Assembly (NCBI GenBank): GCA_964016885.1
Contig: OZ024740.1
Coordinates: 207,266,001 to 207,330,000, forward strand
Reading direction: 5' to 3'
Origin: Eledone cirrhosa
Taxonomy: Eukaryota
DNA: 64,000 nucleotides
Shown: positions 62,731 through 64,000 of the stretch, in pieces
Layout: each line of letters begins with the position of its first letter
Position numbering within the stretch: position 1 is the first letter of the stretch
Position numbers and translations under genes: made by a program
The notes under the pieces: model-generated
Databases searched by the model: none
What the model saw: the letters and a program-made list of their open reading frames with translations, nothing else
Told to the model about the DNA's origin: nothing

Positions 62731-62832
62731 ATAACCTTACAAATGTTTCAATACAAGTTATTTAACTAATATTTATTACAATGTAGTAAAACGAAAAGAG
62801 AATAAATATATTGGGTATTATAACAACGCATT

Positions 62833-63019
62833 AGGGCGGTGAATTGGTAGTATTGGTAGAGGGTCAGACATGCTTTCCAGCGTAGTTACATCCCTTTACG
62901 ATCTGAGTTCAAATCCTGCCGAGGTTAACTTTGCCTTTCATCCTTACGGGGTCGATAAAATAAAGTACCAGTAATACACTGGGTAATTGCTGGCCTTGTG
63001 CTAAAAGTAGAAACAATTA
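62833..63019 (+). mobile_element. Main SINE, full length
   Basis: Match to consensus. Confidence 0.9.
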
Positions 63020-63261
63020 TCAAACATTGTACATATTCATAAGCAATATAAATGATTAAACAATGACCTGGTAAAGAGAAAGCCCAAAGGAAAAGATTGT
63101 TGTACCTTTCGAGGATTACATATTTAAACATATAGTCCTGGTATAGCAACATATCTATCTCTCTTAACATTTGAAAATCATGAAACTTGTGAAACCGGTA
63201 AATTTATACATTATTGTAAATAAACCTTCTTAAAGACTCCAACTGCATTTTCAAGTTTTTT

Positions 63262-63423
<162 letters not shown>

Positions 63424-63691
63424 CATAGTGGTTGTCTGCTCCTTTGTAGAGCTTGATCTCTTCTTGTATATATAATTGCTACTTCCTAACGTGAGATCTG
63501 AAATGATATTTGAGCCCTGAAGGGTGTTTGAAGAGCTGACAGTGAATACTGCAGCAATGTGACATTTCAGCATTGGCTTCATTTTCCGATTGATTATTAT
63601 AAATGTTCAAGTGACTTGCAGATCTTTTGAGAAACAGGGCATTGAAAGTGGTCATCCGGAACGAAATTCCAATAATTCGTCTGCGTCATAC

Positions 63692-63744
<53 letters not shown>

Positions 63745-64000
63745 CTACAAGGCCTGGAATATTGTGAAGGAAAAATATAAGTTTGTGGACGGGTTATTAA
63801 TAGAACGTGACGCCGACTTAGTCACCTATTTACTTATATAAAAATAACAATGTTTGTGTCTGAACAGCTTGATTGGTTTCAAGCGACTTATTTCTTAATT
63901 AACTCTTTAGTGGAAATAGAGATAAAATGACACAGAAACACACATATATATATATTTACATAAATATAAGCATGAACACACACGTACTTGCAAACATTTA

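Overview
Eukaryotic (metazoan), AT-rich, repeat-saturated DNA with no host protein-coding gene I can support. The repeat complement (about 20 copies of one tRNA-derived SINE, dense (TA)n/(CA)n/(GATA)n tracts) resembles octopus/coleoid cephalopod genomes; that assignment is inference. Contents: three co-oriented Tx1/L1-clade LINEs (one near full length), each embedded in (GATA/GACA)n; a TIR-bounded DD37D-type Tc1/mariner; CR1, RTE, CRE-like and Penelope (GIY-YIG) fragments; MITEs; two large minisatellites; and many short elements sitting in (TA)n tracts. Three signals stand out. (1) A covarying bulged hairpin (RCTC-TR..YA-NN-GAGY-RCTC) occurs 13 times across otherwise dissimilar short elements, often downstream of hammerhead-ribozyme-like cores and next to fold-backs, suggesting a Penelope/retrozyme-like system. 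(2) The Tx1 LINEs appear to target (GATA)n. (3) A splice donor overlaps the Tx1 ORF1 stop codon, and in one copy a 37-nt GT-AG intron would fuse ORF1 to ORF2 in frame. All folding and alignment was done by eye, so most boundaries are approximate.
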